Of a DNA stretch of 64,000 nt, positions 50,930 to 60,750 are shown in pieces (the first letter of the stretch is position 1; each line of letters starts with the position of its first letter). Below the pieces are notes generated by a model. That model searched no databases and was not told the origin of the DNA. It was given only the letters and a program-made list of their open reading frames with translations. Origin of the DNA: Alphaproteobacteria bacterium (GTDB lineage: Bacteria; Pseudomonadota; Alphaproteobacteria; MPNO01); contig CBDFLJ010000002.1 in the NCBI GenBank assembly GCA_965248835.1, positions 2,304,001 to 2,368,000 of the forward strand, in the 5' to 3' direction. Both the position numbers and the translations under genes were made by a program.

Positions 50930-52847
50930 GAGACCGTTTGAGAAAGATCTCAATGGCTGGACGCCTCCATTTACCTCGCGAATTTTGCCTGGTTGTGATT
51001 CTCTACGGCGGTTCGGTTCGAGGAGGTATTGATGAGGCAGGCTGGTCTGTTCGGCTTACCGGATCATCTTCGGAAGCTATCGGCGACGGGTGATCCGTTG
51101 GAGGTGCTGGCGAAGGTCGTCGACTTCGAGATTTTCCGCGCGCCGCTTGAGGCGGCGCTGGGCTATTCGGACGGATCGAAAGGCGGCCGCCCGGCCTACG
51201 ATGCGGTGGCGATGTTCAAGGTACTGATCCTGGCCGCGCGGCACACGGTGAGCGACGAGCGGATGGAGTTTCTGATCCGCGACCGCTTGAGCTGGCTTCG
51301 CTTCCTGGGCTTCGATCTCGGAGCGCCGACGCCGGACCGCAACACCATATGGACCTTTCGCGAGCGTCTGGTCCGGGCCGGGGCGATGGATAAGCTGTTT
51401 GCCGCCTTCGATGGCGAACTGCGCCGGTGCGGCTATCTGGCGATGGGCGGGCAGATCGTCGATGCGACGTTGGTATCGGCGCCCAAGCAGCGCAACAGCG
51501 ACGACGAGAAGGCGGCGATCAAGGCAGGCAAGAGGGCATCCGAGATCTGGCCCGATCAGCCGGCCAAGGCGGCGCAGAAGGACACGGATGCGCGGTGGAC
51601 GGTGAAGACCGGGCGGCGCAAGAACCCCGCCGGGGCGCAACGGCGCATGCCCGACATCGCGATCCCGGTGTTCGGCTACAGCGAGCAGGACCGTCGCGCC
51701 AGTGGCGCGGCGTAAGCCCGCGCAGCCCATGTCGTCATCGATCGGGCCTACGGCTTCATCCGCAGCTCGGCAGTGACCGATGCCGCCCGCCATGACGGCA
51801 AGATGTTGCGTCATCTCGTCACCGGCGACAATCTGGCCGCCGGCGTGTGGGCCGACAGCGCCTATCGCTCGAAGGCCAACGAGGCGTGGCTGGCCGGCAA
51901 GGGTCGGGTCTCCCACATCCACCGCAAGAAGCCGCCGGGCCGGGCCATGCCCAAGGCGACCGCCCGGGCCAATGCCCGCAAGTCAGCGGTCCGTGCGCAT
52001 GTCGAGCACGTCTTCGCCCAGCAGAAGGATCGCATGGGCCTGTTCGTCCGTACCATCGGGCTCGAGCGGGCGGCGGCCAAGATCGGCCTCGCCAACCTGG
52101 CTTATAATTTCCAGCGTCTGATCTTCCATGAGCGCAGCGCCGCCATGGCATGAGTCCGCCCGAATAGCGCCAAAACCCTCCGCCGAGAACGAAACGGCGG
52201 ATGATTGCGGACGTCAACACCGCCGATCTCAGCGAAAGTCGGACAGCACACCGAAATCTTCGTCAAATCCCCCGGTTGTTAGAGGTCTCCGGCTGATTCT
52301 GCGGAACAGGAGGCTTCCGGCCGCAGCGATGTCCGCAATCCTGCTCGGCGGGCAACCACCGATATCGAAGATCGGACCACGCCGTAATACGCGGGCCGGG
52401 GCCGCATCGTCGTAGCCCCGCTTCGCCTTGGCCGCTTGCGCCTTGACCGTCTGGCTGTCGATGACCCCGGCGCTCGAGCCGGCCTTGCGGCCGGCGCGCT
52501 CGCGGTCGACCATCACGGTGATGTCACGGAGAGTGCGAAACAGCATCAGCCGCACGAAGCGGCGGAACCACCGGGACACCGTCTGCCAGGGCGGGAAGTC
52601 CTTCGGCAGCATGCGCCAGGCCCGTGCGGGTCATGCAGCGGATCGCGTTCGGCACCTCGCGCAGGTCGACGGTCGGCTTGCGGCCCCGCTGCGCCGGCCT
52701 GCGGCGGCTCGACGAAATCGGTCAGACCGCTCGGATAGCGCTTCGTCTTCCGCGCGGCGGCCATGCGGCCTCGCGTCTGCCGCGTCGACATGCACGGGGG
52801 GAATCACCAGACCGGGCCGAGCGGAACACCCTTTCTCAAACGGTCTC
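50930..52847 (-). mobile_element. Degenerate IS5-family (IS1031-like) outer element with nested IS
   Basis: Perfect 17 bp IR gagaccgtttgagaaag, CAA duplicated on both sides; MLPKDFPPWQTV, VIDSQTVK. Confidence 0.85.
50959..52290 (+). mobile_element. IS5-subgroup element nested in the outer IS; transposase disrupted
   Basis: Ends ggacgcctc / gaggtctcc with GGCT duplication; IVDAT, WADSAY, VRAHVEHVF; ~43 bp insertion with stop at 51681-51723. Confidence 0.88.
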
Positions 52848-52903
52848 CAAGGCGTCGCGGTCGCGCCCGATCCGGTCTGCCGGGCAACTGTGAGCCGACC
52901 GGC

Positions 52904-53923
52904 CTACCGCGTCGCCTCGGCCGCGGCCTTCACCAGGGCGTACATCTCCCGCGTCTTGGGGTTCCCGCTCAGCAGCCGGTCGCCGAGCGGCTTCGCCCGG
53001 CGGAAGAATTCCTGGTGCTCGGCCGCCGACAGCCGATTGACCTCGCCGCCGTTTTCGATCCAGAGCTTCTCCCACTTCGCGGTAATCTCGACCGCGCTCT
53101 TGAGCGAGTCCTCGGTGATCGCCAGCCCGGTGGCATAGACCGCCGCTCTGAGGTCTTCGGGCAGCTTGTTGAGCCACACCTTGCTCGTCCACATCGCGGT
53201 CACGACGTGGCTCGAATGGATCAGAATCAGATGCTTGGCGACGGTGAAGAACTTCGACGGGCCCATGACGATGACCGCGCTGCGGGCGCCGTCGATGGTC
53301 CGCCGCTGGATCGACGGCAGGACCTCCGAATAGGGGATCGGCACACCGGTGACGCCGAACTCCTTCATCAACTCGATCTCCATCTTGGTCGCGAGCACGC
53401 GGATTTTCTTGCCGCGCATGTCGGCCAGCGATCGGATCGGAACGCGCGAGGCGATCGAGGTGTTGGCGACGCCCCAGATATAGGTCCCGACAATCCCGGC
53501 CCGCTCGGCCAGGGTGAGGAATTTTCCGCGCACGCTCGGGTGGTTGATCACCCGATGGACATGCGGGATCGAGTCGAACAGACCCGGCGCGTCCGGCACC
53601 TGGAAGGCCTGGTCGATGCCGACGAAGAACCCCGGCGGCGACAGGAACGCCTCCTGGGTGCCGAGCTGGATCCCCTCGATCTGACGCGGGATCTTGCCGA
53701 GCTGCGCCGCCGGGAAGATCCGCGCGGTGAGCCGGCCGCCGCTGCGTTTCTTGATCTCGGCCGCGAACAGTTTCGCCGAGGCATGCTGGGAATCGTTGAT
53801 CGTAACGAAGCCGATCTTCATATCGTGGCTTTGCGCCGCCGCCGTCCGATCCGCGGCGAGCGACGCGCACACGCCGATGCCCAGCATGGCCGTCAAGGTG
53901 GTCCGTCCAGCTTTCCCGATCAT
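52904..53923 (-). CDS. dctP: TRAP transporter substrate-binding protein
   Basis: Signal peptide; IFPAAQLG, DMRGKKIRV, PIPYSEV, TIDGA. Confidence 0.9.
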   Translation of the reverse strand: MIGKAGRTTLTAMLGIGVCASLAADRTAAAQSHDMKIGFVTINDSQHASAKLFAAEIKKRSGGRLTARIFPAAQLGKIPRQIEGIQLGTQEAFLSPPGFFVGIDQAFQVPDAPGLFDSIPHVHRVINHPSVRGKFLTLAERAGIVGTYIWGVANTSIASRVPIRSLADMRGKKIRVLATKMEIELMKEFGVTGVPIPYSEVLPSIQRRTIDGARSAVIVMGPSKFFTVAKHLILIHSSHVVTAMWTSKVWLNKLPEDLRAAVYATGLAITEDSLKSAVEITAKWEKLWIENGGEVNRLSAAEHQEFFRRAKPLGDRLLSGNPKTREMYALVKAAAEATR

Positions 53924-54063
53924 GGTCTTGCTTCCCCGTAAAATTCGGCTTGTCCGATTGCCGGCATTTTCGATCCCGGCCGGTTTGGCGGGCGGCGGAA
54001 CGCGGCGCCGAACCGCCCAGAACATATGCTCCATCCCAGCACTTAGTAACCGTCCGGTCTCAT

Positions 54064-54114
54064 TTTTCCGGCCCGGATTTTCCGGCCCGGATTTTCCGGC
54101 CGAGATTTCCCGGC
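54064..54114. repeat. 14 bp tandem repeat (ttttccggcccgga) x3-4
   Basis: Directly visible upstream of dctP. Confidence 0.75.
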
Positions 54115-54387
54115 TAAGGGCCGTCCCGGTCACCGAGCTTGACTCGAAACGGCTCGAACCGCAATCGCCATGAGCGTGTTGGGCGGGGCACGCAGATCGT
54201 CGCGCCGCTGAGCCGCAGCGGCGCGGAATACGCCGACCCGCGCGATGAACGGAGCCAGGCGGCCGTCGAGGCGCGCCGGCGGCCGCGACGGTCGACGGTT
54301 GTGGATGCCCATCCTGTGGGCGATCGAAGAGCGGCTGGGGAAGCGTGGCGGCGAGCCGGCGCATTGAGGCCGGTACACCGGGGGTGG

Positions 54388-54426
54388 CCTAGACCGGGGG
54401 TAGACCGGGGGTTGCCTAGACCGGGG
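54388..54426. repeat. Short tandem repeat tagaccgggg x3
   Basis: Directly visible downstream of the cold-shock gene. Confidence 0.7.
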
Positions 54427-54489
54427 AGTTCACGGCAACGGGTTGAATGGGAGAGGGGCGGTCACCGACCGCCTCTCGATCGACGACAT

Positions 54490-54699
54490 TCATTCAATGA
54501 TCGTCAGGTTCTCCGCAGACGACTTTCCATTGCGGCCCTGAACCAGCTCGAAGGAAACTTCCTGCCCTTCGTTGAGGCCGGTAAGGCCCGCGCGCTCAAC
54601 GGCACTGATGTGCACGAACGCGTCCTGTGAACCGTCGTTGGGCGCGATGAAGCCGAAACCCTTGGCCGAATTGAACCACTTGACAGTACCTTTGGTCAT
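54490..54699 (-). CDS. cspA: Cold-shock protein
   Basis: GTVKWFNSAKGFGFI, FVHISA. Confidence 0.95.
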   Translation of the reverse strand: MTKGTVKWFNSAKGFGFIAPNDGSQDAFVHISAVERAGLTGLNEGQEVSFELVQGRNGKSSAENLTIIE

Positions 54700-55116
54700 G
54701 ATTTTGTCCTTTAACGACAGTGTATGTGGGGCGCCGCTCGATGCGGGCGCTCCTGGTTTTGTTCACAATGTCGTGGAAGGTGACTTGGCTAACCGTCGAA
54801 ACAGTCCATCACGAGCGCAACAACGACCTCATAAACTGCCCGTGACTACACTGTCCCGGCGCCGGAGTCAACCGACCAAAGGGTCGGGCGCTGCACAGAG
54901 CGGCGAACGTCCTGCCCCCTCCCCCGGCGCGCCGGCCGGCCGGCGGCCGAGCCTATGGGCAGGAAATCGATCGAAAATGCCCTTATCCACAGCGGATTTT
55001 ATGGGAAAACTCCCTTTGACGCGGGGCATTCGTCTATCATATTGATAGGTTCCTGGCGGGCGGCGGCCAGAATTGCCGGTCCGATCCGTGCGCAACCTGG
55101 CGTCGGAGGACCTGAA

Positions 55117-55662
55117 ATGAGCGAAGGCGCTCAAGCGCTCCGGTTGCGAAACACGGAAGAGGCCGTCCCGGCGCCCTATCACTACACCGCTTGCGGCCTG
55201 GACAACATCTACCTGCTGAGCGGCTACGCGCTGCATCGGACGCCTTACGGGCCGGGCGTGTCCGTCAAGGACGCGGACGGGCTCCACCGAGCCATCGGCC
55301 TCAGCCTGGCCGAACGCAAGAAGGTCCTGCAGCCGAAGGAGCTGAAGTGGCTCCGCAGGCACCTGGATCTGACCCAGTCCGAGCTCGCGCGCCTGTTGGG
55401 CTGCGACTCCCAGACGGTCGCGCGATGGGAGAAGGGCCACAGCAAGGCGCCCGGCTCGGCCGAACGCCTCATCCGCCTGCTATACGTCAACAAAGCCAGG
55501 ACCCGGCCGGACCTCCGCACGCTTCTGGAAGGCCTGGACGCCTCGGACGATGTCGTCGAGGCCGAGCGGCCGTTCGAAGCGGCGCCCGACGGCTGGCGAA
55601 TGGCCCGGGGCGCAAGCACCATGCGGCCCGGTTCCGGGCCAATGGGCGGCTTCCCGGGATGA
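55117..55662 (+). CDS. XRE/HTH regulator (MqsA/HigA2-like antitoxin), apparently orphan
   Basis: YHYTACGLDNIYL, LRRHLDLTQSELARLLG..VARWEKG; GGAGG RBS. Confidence 0.8.
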   Translation: MSEGAQALRLRNTEEAVPAPYHYTACGLDNIYLLSGYALHRTPYGPGVSVKDADGLHRAIGLSLAERKKVLQPKELKWLRRHLDLTQSELARLLGCDSQTVARWEKGHSKAPGSAERLIRLLYVNKARTRPDLRTLLEGLDASDDVVEAERPFEAAPDGWRMARGASTMRPGSGPMGGFPG

Positions 55663-55756
55663 CGCTCGGCCGGCACGCGGTGGCGGCGTCCGAGACCGCG
55701 CGGCGCCGCGCCATGGCACCGATTTCCGAGGCCGAGGGCGGGAGCGATCCAGCCGC

Positions 55757-55847
55757 CCCGCGCGCGGTCCAGATCGTTCCCGACCTGCCGGCCGCCGCGA
55801 CCGGCAAGATCCTGCGCCGCGCGCTTCACACCCTCGAAGCGGGGTGA
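55757..55847 (+). pseudogene. C-terminal fragment of an AMP-dependent acyl-CoA synthetase
   Basis: PRAVQIVPDLPAAATGKILRRAL. Confidence 0.65.
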
Positions 55848-55850
55848 AGG

Positions 55851-56459
55851 GTGGAGCTCTACGTCACCCCGACCTCGCCCTACGCCCGGCTGGCGATGAT
55901 CGCGCGGCTGGAGAAGGGGCTCGATGAGGTCGCGCTCGTTTGGACGCGCACCAGGGTACCCGACCACCCGATGCTCGCGTTCAACCCGTCGGGGCGCGTC
56001 CCGTTCCTCCGCCTCGACGACGGGACCGGCTTCGAGGACACCGACGTCATCGTCGAATATCTCGACGCGCTCGCGCCGCCGCACCGGTTCGCGCCGCCCG
56101 CGGGCGAGGCCTACTGGCCGTTTCGACGGCTTCAGGCAACGGCGCGGAGCATGCTGGACGGTGTCTCGCTGTGGGCGCGCGAGACCCTGCGCCCCGACGG
56201 CGAGCGGTCGGACCCGATCGCCGAACACGAGCGCCGCCGCGCCGCCCGCCTCGCCGATACGTTCGAGGCCGAAATCGGGGCGCCGGCTTTCGGCGGCCCG
56301 CTCAACATGGTCCAGATGCTCCTGTTCTGCACCCTCGATGTGGAACGCCGCCTGCCGGACTTCGATTGGCGCCCCGGCCGCCCCGGCCTCGCCGGATGGC
56401 ACGCGCGCATCGCGGCGATGCCGGCGGTGGCCGGCTCCCTCCCGCCGCCCGGGGTGTGA
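55851..56459 (+). CDS. Glutathione S-transferase family protein
   Basis: TSPYAR, NPSGRVPFL, DTDVIVEYLD. Confidence 0.88.
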   Translation: MELYVTPTSPYARLAMIARLEKGLDEVALVWTRTRVPDHPMLAFNPSGRVPFLRLDDGTGFEDTDVIVEYLDALAPPHRFAPPAGEAYWPFRRLQATARSMLDGVSLWARETLRPDGERSDPIAEHERRRAARLADTFEAEIGAPAFGGPLNMVQMLLFCTLDVERRLPDFDWRPGRPGLAGWHARIAAMPAVAGSLPPPGV

Positions 56460-56804
56460 GGGGTGGACGGGCGCCGCCGCGTATCGAAGCCCCCTGCCCC
56501 ATCCGCCTCCCGGCGGCAGAACGAGGCGCCGCGCTCCCGCTCGAACAAGGCGCGTGATCGCGGCAAAAGCGACCTGGGAAGTCTTGCAAATCATCTATCC
56601 CGTTCATCCGGGCATGGCCCGCGAATTCCGTGAGGGAGGCGCGAACTTCCTCCGGAAGCGGACGATGCCCGGTGATCGGATCATCAATTTCGATGATCGC
56701 CGGCCGGCGGCCGGACCCGTCAGCGGGTCCCGCACCGCCTGCGCATCGTGCGGGCCGATGATTTCGCAACAGCAGGTTTCGCGATACCGGCTCTGGTCGA
56801 TCTC

Positions 56805-59546
56805 TTAATGGCGGGCGGCTGTAGAAAGGCGTCGGAACTCCGGAGAGTCAACAAGAGTCCCTGCAACGGACCGGATTCGATCCAGTGCGTCCGTCAGATC
56901 ATGGGGAATCACCGCTGCCTCCGATGTTCCCACAGTCAAGTCGAGCAGCCGCAAGAGCGCGCTCGCCTTGACCTCATCATCGATGATGGAAAGTTTCGTT
57001 TCCCCATCGTCTTTGCCATAGAGGCCATAGTCGCGCATCGACGGGCAATCGAAAGGCAGGAGGAAGCGCTCGACCGCCCTGACGGCGTCAGCGAAAGCCT
57101 CTCTCGATGTCGCGGGTAACTTCGCGAAGGTACGCCTAACGCCCGGGGTAGCCAAAGAACGCTCCTGAGGCCACACCTGTCGAAGAAAGGGTGCGGCGGC
57201 GGATAGGAACAGCTCTGCCGCCGTCGGCGGCGTTTGGTTGTTGGCCGTCTCTTGCGAATTGTTATGAACGTAGCGTTGGATGGCGCCCGCCGCGGTTGCC
57301 CGATGCTCGTCATCGAGGGACCGCAGCATTTGCTGGATGCGAGGATTGGGCACCGCCGGCTCGCGGGTCTCGCGAAAGGCGCGCAAGGATTCGACAACCA
57401 GGCTGAACACCAGACGCTGCCGCGTTGCTCGCCGTATGCTCTCATCCGTTGCCCTTTTGGCCATCTCATCCCCGATGATCTTCAGGACATCGGTGGATTG
57501 ATTAGGCCGTCGAGCGATGGCGTCCCACAGGTCACGGGATGCGTCGTCGTCTACACGCAGAGGAGCGATCAAATGCTCCTCGGTCCAGTCGCGATCAGAC
57601 CTCCGAAAATACCGCAGGCCTTCGATCATCCGATGCCGCGCAATCAAACCGCTTCTGCCGGTGGCACCGACGACGGCGTCCCGCATTTGGCGCAGGTCGC
57701 TTCCGACGGCAAAGGGCTCAGCTACGTCCTTGAGCGAAGGACAAGAGGACAAGAATACTTCGACAAGTTTTCCCGAGGGATTATTGAGCGTATCGAGAGC
57801 CATGGGTTCCTGACCCTCATCCACGGAGTAGGGAAACTCGATCGATCCGGCATCCTCTTCCGGTTGCCGCCCGGTGTTGGTCGCTTCGACGGCGATCGGC
57901 CAGATCCGTAGCCACACCCCCGAGCCCGAGGGCGATGCAATGACCTGATTACCCCAGCTCCTCAGCCACTGGCTGATCCCTTCGATAGCGGCCGATAATG
58001 TTCCGTCGGACAGTTTTTCCAACAGGCGCAGAACCCGTTCCGCCTCGCCGTGCAAGTCGTGCTGTAGATCGTCCCCCGCCCCCGGCGGTTCGGGCGCATG
58101 CGCCTGACCAAAGAATTTCCATACGCTCGGGAACGTGTCGCCGCCATTCTCGACAGCTTCCAGATCGTCGAGGACGAGGGTCGTGTTCCCCGGTCGTCGG
58201 AGCCATTCGTCCGCGCGTGTTGCGGGGCCGCCGTACCAGATATCCGGATCACTGGACAAATCCGCTTCCAGGGCGCTCAATCGTGCGCTGCCTTGAAGCG
58301 CGTCGTATTGGTCATCGGGTCCGGGAGGGACGTAAGGAACCATGCGTGCTCCGGGAAATCCGTCATCGATCTTCATCTCGGCAAGTTCGCTAAACAGCCC
58401 AATTCTGCTCTCCAGCCATGAGCGCGCATCGGGCGGTAGATCGCCCCCGGCAACCTCGATCCGCTTGAGCTCCCGAGCAGCCCAATAGAGGCGGGCGTTC
58501 TTCACTTGGGCGGCATCCACCTTCCTCGGCCAATGATTACGCGGCGGGAGTTTGCGAAGCCGCGCGGCGATCGCTCTTTGGGTTTCTCTATCGAGCTCGC
58601 CAAAACGTAATGCCCGAAGCTCGGCAATTTCCGGAAATTCACGCAAGCCCCAGAAGTGACAATCATCGAGATCGGTAAGAAACACACCCACAACTTCGGC
58701 TGAAACCAGGCAAGAATTCAATGCGACCGCCGCCCACAGCCGGGTATGGATGGGAGAAGACCGCAAACGCCAGCGTTGAACGACGGGCAGCGCAACCCCG
58801 GGGTCCAACTCGATAATGCGCGCCACAACGGCGTGGAGCAGTTTGACTGCGGGGGCGATGCCGTCATGCCAGGCGTCGACCTCACCCTCTCTATCCGCTC
58901 TTGGGGCGGATTGTGTGTAGGACACCCGGAACAAAGAGCCCAACCGCCCAGGCTGCGATTTCCCATCCCAGCCAACCCGACGGGCGATGTCCAGGCCGTG
59001 ATTAACGGCTGCCTCGAGCGCGTTCGCCAAAGCGGACAGAAAGGGGGTTTCTTTGAGTTGCGCCAGCTCCAGAACATTCGGATCAATGAGATCGCCACTC
59101 GTCAGGCTCGCCAACAACAGCTCATCGAACGTGCTGGGGCGGCGCGGCTTCTTTTGGAGCAGCCATCGGAAGGCACTCATCGGCTCAACTTTCAAACGCG
59201 GCGCCACGAGGTTCGCGATTGCGGACACGATCGCGCCGGAACGGTCTCCGTGACGAAGGCGCTCTTGGATGCGGTAGATCGCCGTTGAGGGGCCTTCCTC
59301 GACGGTGACCTGGAACCAACTCTCTTCGATCAGGCGCCACGCGCTTGCCCAGGGCTCATCGAGCGCCGACCCTTCGGGCCTGTTCAACAACTCGGCGACC
59401 GCCATCCGTTCAATATGCCGATCAGGTTTCAACCCCAGTGCCCACTCGATCGTATCGGACTCGGCCAAGCGTTTTTCCAAGAAAGCGACCGTTGCCCGAA
59501 ACATGGCGCGATCGTTGCCGTCGAGGGTCGCCCAGGGAGGAATCAC
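56805..59546 (-). CDS. Large helical protein resembling the DSR1 C-terminal region
   Basis: 913 aa from a GTG overlapping the SIR2 stop; LNNPSGKL, QVWPQERSLATP motifs recalled from DSR1-like proteins. Confidence 0.7.
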   Translation of the reverse strand: MIPPWATLDGNDRAMFRATVAFLEKRLAESDTIEWALGLKPDRHIERMAVAELLNRPEGSALDEPWASAWRLIEESWFQVTVEEGPSTAIYRIQERLRHGDRSGAIVSAIANLVAPRLKVEPMSAFRWLLQKKPRRPSTFDELLLASLTSGDLIDPNVLELAQLKETPFLSALANALEAAVNHGLDIARRVGWDGKSQPGRLGSLFRVSYTQSAPRADREGEVDAWHDGIAPAVKLLHAVVARIIELDPGVALPVVQRWRLRSSPIHTRLWAAVALNSCLVSAEVVGVFLTDLDDCHFWGLREFPEIAELRALRFGELDRETQRAIAARLRKLPPRNHWPRKVDAAQVKNARLYWAARELKRIEVAGGDLPPDARSWLESRIGLFSELAEMKIDDGFPGARMVPYVPPGPDDQYDALQGSARLSALEADLSSDPDIWYGGPATRADEWLRRPGNTTLVLDDLEAVENGGDTFPSVWKFFGQAHAPEPPGAGDDLQHDLHGEAERVLRLLEKLSDGTLSAAIEGISQWLRSWGNQVIASPSGSGVWLRIWPIAVEATNTGRQPEEDAGSIEFPYSVDEGQEPMALDTLNNPSGKLVEVFLSSCPSLKDVAEPFAVGSDLRQMRDAVVGATGRSGLIARHRMIEGLRYFRRSDRDWTEEHLIAPLRVDDDASRDLWDAIARRPNQSTDVLKIIGDEMAKRATDESIRRATRQRLVFSLVVESLRAFRETREPAVPNPRIQQMLRSLDDEHRATAAGAIQRYVHNNSQETANNQTPPTAAELFLSAAAPFLRQVWPQERSLATPGVRRTFAKLPATSREAFADAVRAVERFLLPFDCPSMRDYGLYGKDDGETKLSIIDDEVKASALLRLLDLTVGTSEAAVIPHDLTDALDRIRSVAGTLVDSPEFRRLSTAARH

Positions 59547-60745
59547 GATTTGCGCCCCCGATCTTTCTCCCTGTATATCCCCACGATGGCGTCGAGCCAC
59601 CCCGGATCGGCTCTTGCGTCGGACGCCAACGCCGACAATCGAACGCGCTCGTTGGCGTTGCTCCTCCTGAGCAGGTGATCGAACAGGTCGCGGTCCGCGT
59701 CGGACGCGGCGGATCTGGCAGTTTTCACGATTCGCTGGATCTCCTTCTCGATCGCTTTCGTTTTTCCGTTAAAGGCCGAAAGCTCAGCCCACCGTTCCAG
59801 CGTCTGGTTTAGTGCGGCGTGATCGTTCCTGGACTCATAGTGGATCGGAGTGATCCCGCGTGATTTCCAATCCTCCAGAGCCACCGGGTCAGGACATTTG
59901 GCGCCGTGGAAGGTGAACCGCTCCTTGAGGTCGTCAAAACGAGATCCGTCCGCCGCAACGGCGTTCAAGAGATATCGCATCGGCGGGTCGTTGGCGCTGT
60001 AGCCGACCAGGACGAGGTGAAACAGGCGCGCGGCGTCATGGATGAAATCCGGGACGACCCGCCGCCGCAGGTAGTATTCGCCGAAATCCTGGTCGGAGAG
60101 AACGAGTTCCGAGAACCGACGCGGGTTTGTGTCCAACGCCCCGTGGATATGGAGCACGCCGGCGAACTCATTCCGTCGCGTCGGGCGCGGGATCGAGCCC
60201 AGCGAATAGGTCTCGACCGGGGGCCGAAGACGTTTCCCGGCGGCTTCGAGCAGGACGTCGAAGTTGGTCGTGACAATCGTCACCGCGCCGCCGCGGTCGG
60301 CGAGGCGCATGAGTGTGCGATGGATGGCCGCCGGCTTGTTTCCTTTGGCTCGCAGGAGTTTAACCACACATTGTCTTACGCTGCTGTCGTCTCGTGTCCG
60401 GTCGTCCAGGCGGCGTTCCAGCATGCCCAGCACGACATCGTAATCGCCAGCAATGAAACGCCTTACCTCCGCCGCTTGGCCATTGGTAAGACCCGAGCAA
60501 TCGGCTTGCCACAGGTTGCGGGCGTCACGCGGCAGACGGGACATGTCTTCGTGAACGGCTGGATCGAGCGCTTGATAAACATCGAGTACCAGTTCACGGA
60601 AAAGCGGCAGACCTGCCGGCTTCGAAATGCCGGCGCCGCAGATGAAGAGCACCTCGCCCCGCGCATGCGCCAGCAACAGGCGTTCCGGGATGGGCGGCAA
60701 GCCGGCGCCGAGCATGACGTGGCGGTCTTCGATGTCCGCTGCCAT
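59543..60745 (-). CDS. SIR2-domain NADase (DSR1 N-terminal-like)
   Basis: IPERLLLAHARGEVLFICGAGIS, VTTNFD, HIHG, LVGYSANDPP. Confidence 0.88.
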   Translation of the reverse strand: MAADIEDRHVMLGAGLPPIPERLLLAHARGEVLFICGAGISKPAGLPLFRELVLDVYQALDPAVHEDMSRLPRDARNLWQADCSGLTNGQAAEVRRFIAGDYDVVLGMLERRLDDRTRDDSSVRQCVVKLLRAKGNKPAAIHRTLMRLADRGGAVTIVTTNFDVLLEAAGKRLRPPVETYSLGSIPRPTRRNEFAGVLHIHGALDTNPRRFSELVLSDQDFGEYYLRRRVVPDFIHDAARLFHLVLVGYSANDPPMRYLLNAVAADGSRFDDLKERFTFHGAKCPDPVALEDWKSRGITPIHYESRNDHAALNQTLERWAELSAFNGKTKAIEKEIQRIVKTARSAASDADRDLFDHLLRRSNANERVRLSALASDARADPGWLDAIVGIYREKDRGRKS

Positions 60746-60750
60746 GCGGC

